Assembly: GCA_023515725.1 (NCBI GenBank)
Contig: JALDTO010000235.1
Location: forward strand, 232,371 to 296,370
Reading direction: 5' to 3'
DNA from: Amoeboaphelidium protococcarum X5
Lineage: Eukaryota > Fungi > Aphelidiomycota
Length of the DNA stretch: 64,000 nt
Part shown: positions 25,901-40,877 of the stretch, one piece after another
Numbering within the stretch: position 1 is the first letter of the stretch
Layout of the letters: each line of letters begins with the position of its first letter
Translations under genes and position numbers: made by a program
Notes under the pieces: model-generated
Database searches by the model: none
Seen by the model: the letters and a program-made list of their open reading frames with translations, nothing else
Told to the model about the DNA's origin: nothing

Positions 25901-27147
25901 TCGATGAGTGCAACAGACGAATGATCTTGCTATCAACCGCCAGCTTGTAGCTGAACACAGCAGGAAATTAGATCTGGATCTCTTGAGACAAAGAATGTAT
26001 AAACTCCTGCAAAGTTGGAACGAAATGATGACCATTACCACACATGTATCTGCAAGTAGCGATGAAATAACACTACTCCATATCAATAACTCTTCTAAAC
26101 CTTTCGTGCCAACCTTTCTACACAGCCTCACACTAGCACTGCGGACACTGAACACTAGCGTATGGCCAAGTCCAATGAGGTACAAAGCAGTAAACCTTTG
26201 GAAGATAAAACTGATCAGGCTTCACACTTCCTCCCTCCAACACATGCTGATTACGTGCAGCAACTTCAGGATTTGGTGGCACAATCCATATCTGACCAAT
26301 AACTATTTGCTTCTTCAGCTCCCCGTCGTTCCTCAGACGCCCCAAGATTGAATCAAGATACTGTTTGACAATTCCTTTTGGTTCATCCACATTTTCTTCC
26401 ATGTCATCAGCATCACTTTCGTCTTCAGACTCATCTCCTGCACGGAAATTGTTCAAGGGCACTGTAAATTGATCATTTGACTACCCATTACCACTAGTAC
26501 CAGACTGAGTATTGCCCTCAGCTGGAGCTCTTTCACTAGACACGCTCTAATCTTACTGCAGGGGGTCGCGATTCTCAATATCCATGCCGATGACATTAGG
26601 ATCAATGGCGCTCAAATGCGAGGCGACGTTACCAGTATCAGTTGAAGTAGATGAGACTTATGGCAAGATATCATTCTGCTTCTGCTACTTTTTCTTCTTT
26701 CTACCAGCACCAACTCTAGCTCCGCCGCGATTCTCTGGTGGGACATAGCTACACGCAAACAGTAAAGGGATAATGATATAGGCTGAAACGACTACTTACA
26801 AATTAGGCTGAGCATCACCATTCTCGTCCATTTTTACGCGCTTAGAGCCAGCTTTATTACCAGCACCATTCCTCTAGCCTCCAGCTTTATGATCAACCTT
26901 GTTCTTCACACCAGGCGGCCGTCCGCGTTTGACTTGTTTCGACTCCACAGCCTACTCCTAACTGGCGCCTTCACCACTTTGATTCTATTTAACCGAAAAG
27001 TAATTCTTAAACTTCAATGCTTGTCTAATTAGATAGAGAATTAAAAACTGTATTATTTATAGCTTACTGAGAGGTCATATCTATGACTGTTTTACCAAAA
27101 TTTACGATATTCTACAAAAATTTTAAAAATTTTTAAAGTGTACGAAT
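22908..27147 (-). mobile_element. Putative DNA transposon; boundaries tentative (imperfect 11-bp inverted ends)
   Basis: attcgtgcact (22908-22918) versus agtgtacgaat (27137-27147), 10/11 inverted match with A/T-rich subterminal tracts, enclosing a transposase-like gene. Confidence 0.45.
23070..27078 (-). CDS. DDE transposase-like protein with inserted DEDDy 3'-5' exonuclease (WRN-exo-like) and AT-hook; two introns near the 5' end
   Basis: KRGRPPG, RGGARVGAGRK, ADHSFK, YTDICC, GLDCEW...GDDARLL...YAARD, KLDAWHAMKRI, CIRGSSSVEGAVH, C-terminal Cys cluster; long intact last exon. Confidence 0.75.
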
Positions 27148-27304
27148 ATGAGATCGGCCACATGAATACAATGAAAATTTTAAATTTATTTGTAATAGCT
27201 TCTTTACTCTTATAAAATTTTCGAGTAGATCTCTGACCGCTTTATTTCTTTTACATTTTAGCAAGTAGAATACTCTTTGAGCGCTTGTATACATACTAGA
27301 AATT

Positions 27305-28183
27305 ATGAAATTTAAAATAGTGCCATGGAGAGATTCAGCGGAATTTATATCAGTCTATTAGCAGCTATTTCCCCACGGCGATGATGGTAAAGTGATAACG
27401 CGTGAACGATTATCAAACCATAGCAGAGATATCAGAAAAGGTCTACGAAGAGTAAGTCGCTACCTATTGCATATAATATATGACCTTGATTATGAATAAA
27501 TGATGCTTATCAGTGTGTAGTTACATATTTGGCAATTACGAGGTAGAATTCCCCTTGCAGTACAATCTACTCACGATATTCTATCTGCTCTGCTAAACGC
27601 GATTAGCAGCGAAAGATGCGCTGGTAGTAAATCTACTTCAAGGGATGGTAGTGATAGTAGTAATTACGCGCAGAGAATGCTTTACTCTATGACTATAATC
27701 CGCTTCCTGAACGGCCTTTCGGATTAGAATTAAAATCAGAGATATGTGACATCAATATACTCTCTAGCATCTGGCGTCCTACAACTCCCCAAGTACATTG
27801 TTGATCTTCGACACTCTGCCACACATGCCGACCTGCCGCCACTTGTCACGCTGGAACGCGCAATGTACGAGTGTCTCTAATGGTTGAAAGATAAGTATTG
27901 GGACATCAAAGTTTAGAGTTGCAGAAATACCTGCGACGATATGACTAGTTGTTTAGGGGAGACATCGCTTGAAGCGCAGTCTACCGATGCGTAAAGTGCC
28001 GATCATCAGCGTGATGTTATAAGCTTGGAATATCCATAATAAAAGAGGTAGCGATTGTCACTTGATGATGAAGACAGTTAGGATCCATTGCAAGTGAAGT
28101 GGAAATTTAGAAAAGTTACGCTCCCTCTGTCTAGTCATGCTCCTTTAGGCGCTTTACATCTTGGGTAAAAGAATTTAGAATGA
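27305..28183 (+). CDS. LAS1: Las1 HEPN endoribonuclease, one intron (~27452-27520)
   Basis: VPWRD, WQLRGRIPLAVQST, YSMTIIRFLNGLSD, VDLRHSATHADLP. Confidence 0.88.
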
Positions 28184-28524
28184 AAATATATATGATGAAT
28201 GGTTATAGCTTTGTGCATATAGTATTGTTTTATTTATCATCATTAGCTTCTAGATCATCTGTGTTGATTCATCCTTCAATCAAACCCCTAAGAGAGATTT
28301 ACGCGTCGCGATCGCCTTTGCCTCAATTTGACTCTCAGCGAGATCGTTTCGTTATATCGCCCACCGTTACTTCACGCAGGTGGCCTGTCTCTATCCTAAC
28401 TGTACGTACGTCTTATTTACTGATTATTCAGCAGATAATAATTAGCGCTTCTCATCTTGAAGCTTTATTATACTTTAATTTGTTGGTGTAAGATTAGGCA
28501 GCGTCAGTGAGATCTAAAGCTTAA

Positions 28525-30015
<1,491 letters not shown>

Positions 30016-30098
30016 ATATATAATTCAAAGTCTATGATTATGTTATTTAAATTGAATTCATCATGATTTATATCTCTTATGGCTAAGCATATATCTTT

Positions 30099-31703
30099 TC
30101 AATCGTCAACGGAGTAAATGTTGAGGTGAAATGACTGACTGAATCTTCTTGAACTTTCTCTTAAAGATTCAATTAGCATCGGAATATCATCCAATGAGAG
30201 GTGTGTATGCTATGAACACATTCCCTCCGGTTTTAAATTAAATTTTCCAGTCTACTCATTCTACATGCTCTTCTCAAAACGGTAGAATGACGGAGCGATC
30301 AATTTACACACACGATGTTATTCGTCATTAAGGAATTCTATGACTTGCTCCCAACTATAACCAGTTAAATGATGAATCTGAGTATTATCACGACTTTGTA
30401 ATGCTCGAGAGCTATCATTAAATGATGCATAGTAAACAGAGTGAAGAGGAGGATAAGTCTTGTAGAATGCAAAGCACCTACCAGGTGATGATACAAAAGA
30501 AGTTTAAGAGAGATGTTGCATACATGATATTATGCCAGCCTGGTGGTAATGTGCCATGACAATAGATCCCAATATAGACACCAGAACAAGTACACTTTTC
30601 AAATATATTGACACGTTTATTAGACTGCTTCGACCACCAGCGAACGCTGATTAATTATACTATGCACAGAATACAACAATCAAAGTTGATAATGGCTGGA
30701 GAAATCGCATCTCCTAATGAGGTATCAGAGATAGTACGAGGAGAGGCATTACACAACAAGCAAATGAGAGATAGAACCGCAAATTCCTCGAATACCCACA
30801 ATGAACAGCATTGATTAAACATTCAATAAAAGTCACAGCTAGAGGGCCAAATAACATAACCAAATTCAGTAAGTGAAGATATCGCGGATGAATGCCATGA
30901 AGGGAGAGATTATCATGACTAGAATTGTAAAGAATATTATTCAGTGGAGTAAAGACAACGTGACTCGTGCCAGTATAATACGCAGAATCAAAGCCAACAC
31001 ATACAATTAGACCAGGTAATGCACCACCAATCATTGCCAATAGTCTCATCAAAATGGTCAAAGGACACAACTTGGATGACAGCAGAGGGATAATAACGTA
31101 CTATAGAATTGGCACAGCTGCAAATATGGGAAATGATATTCTAATAAAAGTACCAAACACAGTTAAGAACGCAAAAGTGAACAATCTGATATTCTTAAGG
31201 TCCTATTTATTCTATTACTCACCAGAGACTGTCTATAATAACGCAATAAGCATAGTGAGAAGAAGCTATTCCAGAGTGTTAGAAAAAGTCTTTGTTGAGA
31301 GCAAGAGACTTGACAGAGAGAATGCATACCACAAATACAAACGGCGACGCACTTAAATCTGTGTGAATCCAAGAATAAAGACAAATAGTAGATAGTCATT
31401 AAGGAGCGATAGAAGAAACATCACCATACGCATTGTCATTATAGGATTCCATTAGCAGAATATACTTCTCACCGGATAGAAAAGCACCCACCATCCAACT
31501 AAAGATCGCGCAGGATTATCAGAACTGTATTCCCAAGCTAATTCGTAGTTAATCTGAGGAGAGGGACACAGCTACTTATACAGTGGTTCCAAGGACTACA
31601 CATACTCATCAGGATGCACGATGCCACTTCCCAGCATGTTATAAAAGCGCAACGCAATCCCAATCGCAATTTAAATATTCATTCGATTTATCATGACCTT
31701 CAT
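30099..31703 (-). CDS. SMP3: GPI mannosyltransferase 4 (GT22)
   Basis: VHPDEYVQSLEP, RLFSTKTFSNT, TPLNNILYN...NLSLHGIHPRYLH, PHQEMRF, YHVCN; multiple TM segments. Confidence 0.85.
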
Positions 31704-31977
31704 AGTGCAAGCCTTTAATATACAAAGTCTAGGTACACAAACAGATTATAATAGAGATATATAGCAATAATAATCAAATTTAATTAATTATAAAATCTAT
31801 AACAATGCAGTATAAAAGCGTGATTAAAGCTACTGGATGAGAGCGGGAAGAAACCAAAACGATCAATCGAGCGAAAGTGAAACAAGATTTTATTTCGTTT
31901 CCGCTTTGGGAAGAATCGAAGATCTCTCGGAGATCTGCTTTTACTGCTACTGTTTGGCTGTCTAGTCCTACCGTATT

Positions 31978-33492
31978 ATGATGATAATGATATCTCGCAG
32001 TTATTTGCAGTATTCCCTCAATCGCTTTTGCACTAGATTTGATAGATTTAAAAGTTATGCCAAAGAGACTGGACCTCTTCTGAAGTATAAAGAACTGGTG
32101 GCTGGTGGTGTTCTCAGACGAGATGATAATCAATTGCAATGTGTAGAGTAGTTACAGAATGCCTTTCTCAAGTACTAGCGTTATATTCACTCACCATAGA
32201 CTCAGCGTTAAGATTCTAAGAGTTTCTCATGGTTCTCTAGAGTAGTAATTGGTGGGTTATAGTCTTCGTCGTCGTCTACCTCCAGTGTATTAGAAGTTGA
32301 CACTGTTCCTTAAGGTTTATACATTTATGGTAGTGTTGGCTCCGGGAAGACGATGCTGATGGATATGTTACATCAGTCACTAATTGAGTCAGAAGGTGGA
32401 CATGATCACGCTGGTGTGCAGTCGTAACACTTGCAAGTAATTAAACGAGTGCATTATCACGCCTTTATGCAATCTGTGCATCAAGATCGACATCATAGAA
32501 GGAGGAAATTTCACAACAATAAAAATGATGCTTTGATAAGTAGATTGCACGATTAAGGATTGAAATTGTTATTTTTGGATGAGTTCCAAGTGACTGATAT
32601 TGCTGATGCCATGATTTTGCACGATTTATTGAATACCTATCGTCGACATGGTACAGTCATTGTGTACACGTCGAATAGACACCCGGATGATTTGTATAAG
32701 AATGGTATCTAGCGATAGAGTTTCCTCCCCTGTATTGAGATGATTAAGAATGTTAATCAAGTCATTAATCTGGATGGAGATTTAGATTATCGATCTATAC
32801 AAGATGAGAACATTGACTCTGCTAATACTATTGGGTATACTCGAGCATCTGCCGGGTCTAAAGGCAGTAGTAGCGATGGAGCTGCAATAAGTACATGGAA
32901 TGGTTCTGTGTGGTTTAAAAAGCGACAAGATTTTCTAAACTTGCTCCAGTTGGTCATTTAGAAGAATGGAGACACTCAGCTCACACCATCTGAACTTTCT
33001 GTATGGAGTCGACCTGTATCAGTTCCTGCGTAGAGTTAATAACTAAGACTTGCTCATTTTTCATTCAATGAACTCTGTCTCTTAAATTGGTCTTCATCGG
33101 AATATTTAGAGATTACATCAAAGTACAAGATTATCTTTGTGCGCGATATTCCGTATCTTGATCTTTCATATTTGATGAATCCTCATGGTACTCCTAAAAA
33201 GTCAGGTGGCAATAGTACTGCCATCAATGATGTTGTCAGTAGAGATTAGATTCGACGGTTCATCACTTTTGTGGATTGTGCATACGAGGCATAGTGTGTT
33301 CTAGTCGGTCACTCGGATAAAGTAGAAGATGTTAAAGCTTTGTTTAACACTTAAATGTTCGGAGACGACTTTAAAGACTCCACGGCGTAAGAAGAGATTT
33401 TCGCATTCAGACGAGCCATGTCCAGACTGGTGTAAATGCAAAGTTACTCTTGGACACGGCCTCTCCAAGCTTTGACTAAATCTAAATAGTGA
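31978..33492 (+). CDS. AFG1: AFG1/LACE1 (ZapE-like) mitochondrial ATPase
   Basis: [75 protein letters not shown]. Confidence 0.93.
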
Positions 33493-33569
33493 GACATTAT
33501 AATTTTAAACAACTTATCTTGTATAGATATTTTGTAATCACTTATTATTTTGAATATACAAGTTTCAAG

Positions 33570-36500
33570 TCATTGTAAGACAGTTTACGATAATGCTTGT
33601 AGAAGAGACTCGTATCTACCGGGCGAATGATCCAACATCATACTGTCAGTGAACTTTACCTATGAGAACATACTTTCAATATCATTGATCTTGACCAGAT
33701 TAACTTTCTTTCTATCATCACTAGATGCTGAAGATGTATTAAAAGCAGAGCTAGGCACAAATTTTGTGGAAGTGTTAATTACAGGATCAGCATCAGGCTT
33801 GGTATTAACAGAGGCTTAATCAATCTTCTCGGACCAAACCTTGTACACATCACCTGCAGGATAAAGCTTTAAATAATGGAGGCGCGAACTTATCATTTCA
33901 AATATATCACTCGATCTTTAATCAACCTGATTATCGTTAGATTAAGTATCATTCACACCAGACGAAGATTCTTAAGTAGAAGCAAATGGAAGCTACGAAC
34001 GCAACTTATTGTAAGCATTCTGTAGAAATGATACCGTCAATGGAGATTCAGAGGGATGATCACTATCATTATGAGCCACTGAGGAGGAGAAAGGCCTAGA
34101 TTACGTCGGAGTTGCTGCTTCATCATATACCGCAGTAGAATCTTATGAATACTAATTACGTTGATACTATTCATGGGGTGTAGGAGTGAAGGACGCATCT
34201 TCTTCCAGAACCGAATGAGACACAACGAGATCCCGAATGTCCAATATACTTCCAAGACAAAGACTGCTTGTAAAATCGTCGCCGTGTATAACACTAGTCA
34301 CCAATCCCTTGACGACTTGACTCAGCTCCAGCGACATTGTACACGGGGGACCATACGCATACACATGCAATCTTCTACCAGGCGGAAGTCCAGAATCAAT
34401 TGAAGTTTCAAAGTGAGATTAATTACCATTATGGTTAAAGCCTCCATAACTACCACCACTGAGATTAGACCATATCAAGCCAACCATACACGCTACACCA
34501 GCACCTAGACTATGACCGACCAGGATAACACCATAATCTGGATGCTGCTCCAGTGCCTTCTTGACAACTTTGTGCATCTTCCCACTCTGATCAGCAAGAG
34601 ATTTCGCCCGTCTCCACATTCCACCATGCACGAATCCCTCAGTATCTTATCCCACTCTAACTCGCTGGTACTCGCAGCCCAGGTTGGTAAGCAGATCATT
34701 CAACGTCAATGTTCCACGGATAGTGACAACAATAGCCTTTGCGCCGTGATTGTACGATATGAAATATTCCGGAAGATTCTTCATTACAGGCTGAGTAAAC
34801 TAATTCTCAGCTTGTGCAGAAAACTCTACGTTCTCATCTTTGACGCCACCACCAATATCACTCTGCAAAAGATCATCATAAAACTCAAACTTCTTGCCCA
34901 TTGTGGACGAATTCAGGTAGAAGGACGAAGAGACAATCTCCTCAAGTTCCAATCCACAGTGCCAGGCAAATATCACATCCTTCGAATGGTGTGTGCGTCC
35001 ATCAGAATCAACAATCGGATTGCCAACCAGGGCAGCAGTGGCCGTTGAAGAGAGAGAGGACGCAATCATTGACTCGGTATCAGAGTTGGAATATGTAGAT
35101 GCACTTGGATAATCAGCAATTCCCATCAACTTCATAAATCGCCTACCGTATGCTGCTGTAGCATACTTGGAAAAGTGGGTAAGATTCTCCAACAGTTCCT
35201 CGGCACTCTCATGATACGGTTCAAATCTTGATTATCTGCCGTTATCACTAGGTAGTACGCTTTCTTATTCATCCTCATCCGCAACAAAGAAACCCTTCTC
35301 GTTAATAACGCCATCTAATATCTAAGGACTTAATAAATCAGATTCGCTTTCACTGATACCAAAGTCCATATTAGTCACCGGCATGGAATATCGCTCAACA
35401 GGAGAACGTCTGCTACCAAGTTACTATATGATTTTAGACGGCAGCGTGGCATATGATGAAGCCATCGAATGTGCGCTTCTCTGATCCCAATGTATTTCGT
35501 ACGTGTTCTTATCATCAGAGTTGCCATTAAGAATCTCTAACGCACTCAATCTATTGCGTGCCGGCAAAGTCTAATACTTTCTAGCCGAAAAAAACTCATC
35601 ATTTACATCACCACTGTTGAAACTGTTATGCTTTTGGTTCTTTTGCGCGATGCCAGGCTGCTCAACATCGTCATCTTCATATACCTAGGTAGACTTTTTA
35701 TCTCCAGCAGTATTATCTTCATCTGTATCTTGATCATCATCATCATCACCAGATTTCAGATAATCTTGTACTCCATGCAGTAAAATATCAATCTACTCAC
35801 CGTCAGTTGCTTTAGACGTGTAAGCCTTACTTGAAGCTTCATCATTCAGCACGACACTGAATACAACTTCAGGATCGGATCCCAAATACAGCTGCCGGGA
35901 CCTCTACTTCTACCATTGGCAATATTTCAGAAAAGATAGCAAAGACTTAACGATACCAACACTCAACATTGTATATCCCTCAGCCTTAAACTGTCTGGGA
36001 TTGTGTATTCTGTCACGTAAAGTATTCAATGTTAAAGCAGACAACATGAGAGCATTCGAATCAGCTGGAGATTAATCGACCAATTGCTAAACATTAGTGG
36101 GAAACCTGAGCTCATGGTCAACCAGGGCAAGAAATGAACTAAGCGCTCTGCTCGTGTCTGTATGACCAAACACGCTATTTAGTAGGAGCAGAATATCATC
36201 AGCAGCCCGTATCGAGTTAAATGTGAAATAATACCACCACTAGATACAGGAAAGAACCAGAAGTTTAGTCCACTAAGAGGCACCACTCAGCATTTACACC
36301 AATGATTATTATGCCTCAATACCACCACTACCACCATATGAGAATGGATTACATGTACCAAGAGTGTTATTAGATATTCTGTCCAATACGTAGAGAAGAA
36401 AGATGAGCGTATCAAATGCCAGACTCGTGCCACCAACCACCGACTTGAACCACACCCAGCAAAACTTGTCCACCAGAGACAGTGATGAATGAGACAACCG

Positions 36501-36710
36501 TGCCAGGGCAGACACTGTCTTTGCAACTGGTCTCGGTAAGACATGTTTCACCGCGACATCGGCAGACTTGGACATTACGGATTAAGAAGTCTAACTCTAA
36601 TCTCTATTTATGCGCATCAATTCCTTGACATTATCATTATGAGTTGTTTTCTACTGCTGAAAGAGAATGTTAAAATCAAGTGGCTCCAAATCAACATCAT
36701 CCAAATCCAT
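33570..36710 (-). CDS. Class 3 lipase-domain protein (DAG-lipase-like), 1046 aa
   Basis: YATAAYG, VTIRGT, HGGM, GHSLGAG, YAYGPP, DHSPGRY; a single frame. Confidence 0.85.
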
Positions 36711-37157
36711 ATCGTACTGCAGTCAATTAATGTTAATGCAAATAATTTCCAAGAGTTGAATGCCAAAGAAAAGAAATCCGGTGGCTGGTTTCAGATTAAT
36801 TGAATTCAGGATCGATTTAAAGTTTGAAGAGACTTTCTAGGCAGGCAGACAGACGAAGACTTTAGTTCGCTTGAATCAGATCGGCTGACATTTCTTCCGT
36901 TGCTTTCCAAGCGTGTGGACAAAGCATCCGACCATTTATGATTGGCGATTCGTTTCACTTCAAGTAAGTCATTTGACCAACTCTACTATGGCCTCACTCA
37001 TTCACTTGTACTGACTCTTCCGTAAACATCCTAATATAATTCAAAAATAATTTTGCACAGAATAGTTTAAACTTTTTTCCAAGCTGTTTTCCAAACTCTT
37101 TCTCACACATAGTGTGATCGTCAAATTTCTTGATTTACTGTGACAGGACGCGAAAAA

Positions 37158-37745
37158 ATGGCAGATTACATCAAGTTTTGTGAGTATGTTGAGAACTTAA
37201 AAGTTACCAGGCGCACTGGTTGGCTCAGGAACGGTATTGCACCGGCTGATGCGGAATCTATCGCTGATCATATGCATAGAATGGCGATTATAGCAATGAC
37301 TATGCCCACTGACCATGTCCACGCAATAACTAAAGCGACGTTCAGTGTCAACAGAGACAAATGCGTATAAATGTGTCTGGTGCATGATCTAGCTGAATGT
37401 ATAGTGGGAGATATTACTCCACACGACAATGTGAGTAAGCAGGAGAAGGCCGCCATGGAACTGGGCGCCATGTAGAGATTGACGCGACTTGTATTAATTG
37501 ATGATAATGATGGTGGTGCGTCATCCAACATCATGTCCCTCTTCCAGGAGTATGAAGACCACTAAAGTAATGAGTCTATAGTTGTGCACGATATAGATAA
37601 ATTGGAGATGGTGATGCAGGCTGATACGTATGAAAGGCGACATGGTATACAGTTGGACGCGTTCTTTGAGAGTACTCGCAATGTATTCAGGACTGAGTGG
37701 GCGCTGAGTTTATATCAGACTCTTGTTGATAATAGAGTAAAGTGA
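37158..37745 (+). CDS. HDDC2: HD-domain 5'-deoxynucleotidase (HDDC2-like)
   Basis: LKVTRRTGW, ESIADHMHRMA, LVHDLAECIVGDITP, DIDKLEMVMQA. Confidence 0.9.
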
Positions 37746-37778
37746 ATAGATTTAATACATTGTATTTTTATAGATTAT

Positions 37779-39731
37779 TCACTCTGAATGTAAAATGTAT
37801 TAGTATGTTTTGAGGTACGTGTACAATGGTGATGTTGTTGTTGCGTTCCAGCGCATCTTGGAGGCTTATGTGTGCCATCGCCGCCTATTATATTCCATGA
37901 CATCTTCATTTACATGCAGGTAATCATCAATCATTAAATTAAAAGTGGACTCTAATGAGGCATCAGAATGGTAGTCATAGACATACGCATTGAAAGTTAA
38001 ATCTTCTGACATTGACAACTTTAGATTACGATCAACCAGGAACTCTTTCAATCCACCAACTGCTGTTGATAGAACTGCAGATCCAAACAAGAGTCCTTCC
38101 AATGCCACCAGTCCAAGTATCTCATTCCTAGAGGGGACTATGACTACATCTGCAGCCATTCTAGCAAGCCCGCCATAATTTTACTGCAACTCTCTGCTGT
38201 CTAACCATATAACGTGGTCCTTACCAATGTCCTTCAATTTTCTATCTGGATAATCGTTATGGGAGCCCATTAGTACCATGAATACTCTACATTAAAGAGA
38301 CGCTTAATTGCGCTTAATATAATCTGCCATTGTGCGAACATCTTCCATACCCTTCTCATATGAGAATCTGCCGATGAATAAGACTACAATTGATGGTAAG
38401 TTATCATACACAGCTAGAGAGTGTAGAGAAAGTAAGGCAATTTTAGCTCTCTACTTGGCACTGGTGAATTCGTAGGGCTATGATGTATTTTACACGTAAG
38501 CAGACAACCTTGTCAACAAATCACCATCATTATCATCAAACTCGTGTCCATCCAAATTGTTCGGCTTATACGGAGAGATTAAATGACCGATGCCATTAGA
38601 TATTCCAACTACACGACCTTTAGAACACTTACTTAACAGTTCATGTTTCATGAGGGCAAACTCGGTAGATTTTAGCAAGGAAGTACTTCTAGAATCTTCA
38701 TCTTATGCACGCTCTTGAGTCAGAAGTTAGCTAAACATGTACTAAGAGGCAACTGATACAAGATCCGCCAAATTAATACCAAGTGCAGAGGGATAAAGTT
38801 TACCCGAGAGAATATAGCGACTCAACATAGCATCATCAATACCATCGTTTTGATAAAAGTAGTCAACATTTTACATACGTAAAGAATGTCGCGGCTCAAA
38901 ACCATAGTCATGCACAGTATACAATGTCTTAATCGTGGCATTAAGTAGGGACTTGGCGAACAAAATAGTCGGCGCATTAGTAGCTCCATGAACATGAGCT
39001 ATGAGATTGTTGCCGTGACTTTAACTCAACAATTTCAGCAGATGAGCAGTAGCGACATTAAAATACAAATCTTAAACTTCGCCAGGTATTTTAGGATGCG
39101 AATAGTATATATCTTGAGAAGACTCAGCACCAAACGCGTAATACAATTAACTCTTTTGTTCTAAAGGAGGGCCTATCAAGTACTATTTGACATTGCCAAC
39201 TGTATTAGTGTACACCGGAACGTTAAGCACAAAGTTCAAACCTCCGCGACGATTACGACTCCAAAAGCAAAACAAGCCTTGACATAAAGCAGACTCAGAG
39301 ACGGGCACTTGTAAAGTGTAATACAAAAGGTATTTGGACTCACCGCTGTCGTACGGCCGCCTCAAGTACGCGTAGAATGGAGAGACAACACTGACAGAGA
39401 TGCCTTCAGCCGCGGTGCTTTAACTCAGGTCGGTAACCACCCGGCCTATTCCACCAAAACAACTCTCCGGACCTTCTTTACTCACATGAATTACGTGATA
39501 ATTTTAATCCACTCTGTTCAATTTAACTTAATTAATGACATCGAGTGGTCCGTACCGACATTTAATCTCATTCAAAGTTTCGGGTGATGGTACAATGTTA
39601 GAAGTCTAATATCTGTCCGCATTCCTTGTCCAAAACACTTCGACTAGCAGCTTCCAAATCAAATAAGCACTCAATAATACTAGACAATAAATAATAAAAT
39701 TTTTTCTAAACTTGATCACAGATTAACCCAT
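37779..39731 (-). CDS. GT-B glycosyltransferase resembling GlgA/starch synthase (GT5), with an N-terminal TM anchor
   Basis: VIHVSKEGPESCFGGIGRVV...VVSPFY, YTVHD, GISNGI, FIGRFSYEKG, ADVVIVPSRNEILGLVALEG...GGLKE; N-terminal FIIYCLVLLSAYLIWKLLVEVFW. Confidence 0.75.
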
Positions 39732-39870
39732 CGTTGCAATTACTCACTCACCTTGATAATTCAGCCGCGAAGATCTGCTTAGATCAACTCCTGCTTTTGA
39801 AATAGAAAATTCAGCGATATTAGCCTTTAAATCAATCTAACAAATATATATTGTGGGAACGTGCTGGAAT

Positions 39871-40767
39871 ATGTCGGAATAGGGAAATATAAAATAGAAA
39901 AATCCTGTAACTACTGAATAGAGAATTATTGCTGGATCTTTTGGAGGATTCTGTTCGGTGCTAGCCACCCATCCTTTAGATACATTGCGCGTTCGCATGC
40001 AGGCCGGCCAGAGTATAAAGGCAATGTCGCTGCGATCGCTTTACTCCGGTCTTTTGCCTCCAGTCATTGGAGTATTGCCAGTGGGAGCGTTATCATTCCT
40101 AGGATATGATATGGGCATAAGATTGTCAGACCAGCTATAGACTGGTAACCGGACCACGGATCTGATTAGGCGATACTCGTTATGCGGAACGTTCTCCGCC
40201 CTCCTGGCAGCTGCCATTATTATACCGGGCGAACGTGTCAAGATTCTACTTTAAAACTCGCCAGCTCCTAGTTAATCTTTAAAATCTCCTATCCAGTCAC
40301 CGCTACCTGGGCAAAGGAGTAATAACTAATCAGTCTTTTACTGGATCGGACACATTTATTAAACTGGTGGACTGGCTGGTCTGTACAGCGGAACTACAAT
40401 CACTCTGATGCGAGACATCCCAGCGTACTTTATATGGTTTGCATCATACGAGTTATCTAAGCAGTACTTTTAAAGTTGGTTATAGGATGACAAATCTCTG
40501 AGTGCGGTGCTTATGGCTGGCTCCGTCGCTGGCGTTACACAATGGTCCCTTTGTATGCCTTTAGACACTATAAAGACTAGAATATAGACTGATACTTCAG
40601 CCTCTGCGCGTCGCCACTCTCTCATTCAATCATTCACTGATCTATATCGGTAATAGGGTCTTAAAGGATTCTATCGAGGATATCTACCTGCTGTCATAAG
40701 GGCGATTCCATCGAATGCCATTAGTTGGCTTGGAACTGAGATTGCTCTGTCATACTTGCGCAAATGA
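39871..40767 (+). CDS. Mitochondrial carrier (SLC25; carnitine/amino-acid carrier-like)
   Basis: Three repeats PLDTLRVR, PGERVKIL, PLDTIKTR; also RDIP and RAIPSNA. Confidence 0.9.
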
Positions 40768-40877
40768 TACACCTACCTACTTGATGGTATTTGTTTGTGA
40801 ACTCCTAATAATAATAAAAGTAAAAATGAGTCAACTAAAAGTCATTTATATTTCAATCAATTTTGTGTCTGTCGACT

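Noticed and set aside
22915-27140. CACTA/EnSpm assignment from cactag at the left end
   Set aside because: The right end is not TAGTG, there is no 3-bp TSD, and the transposase motifs are not EnSpm-like
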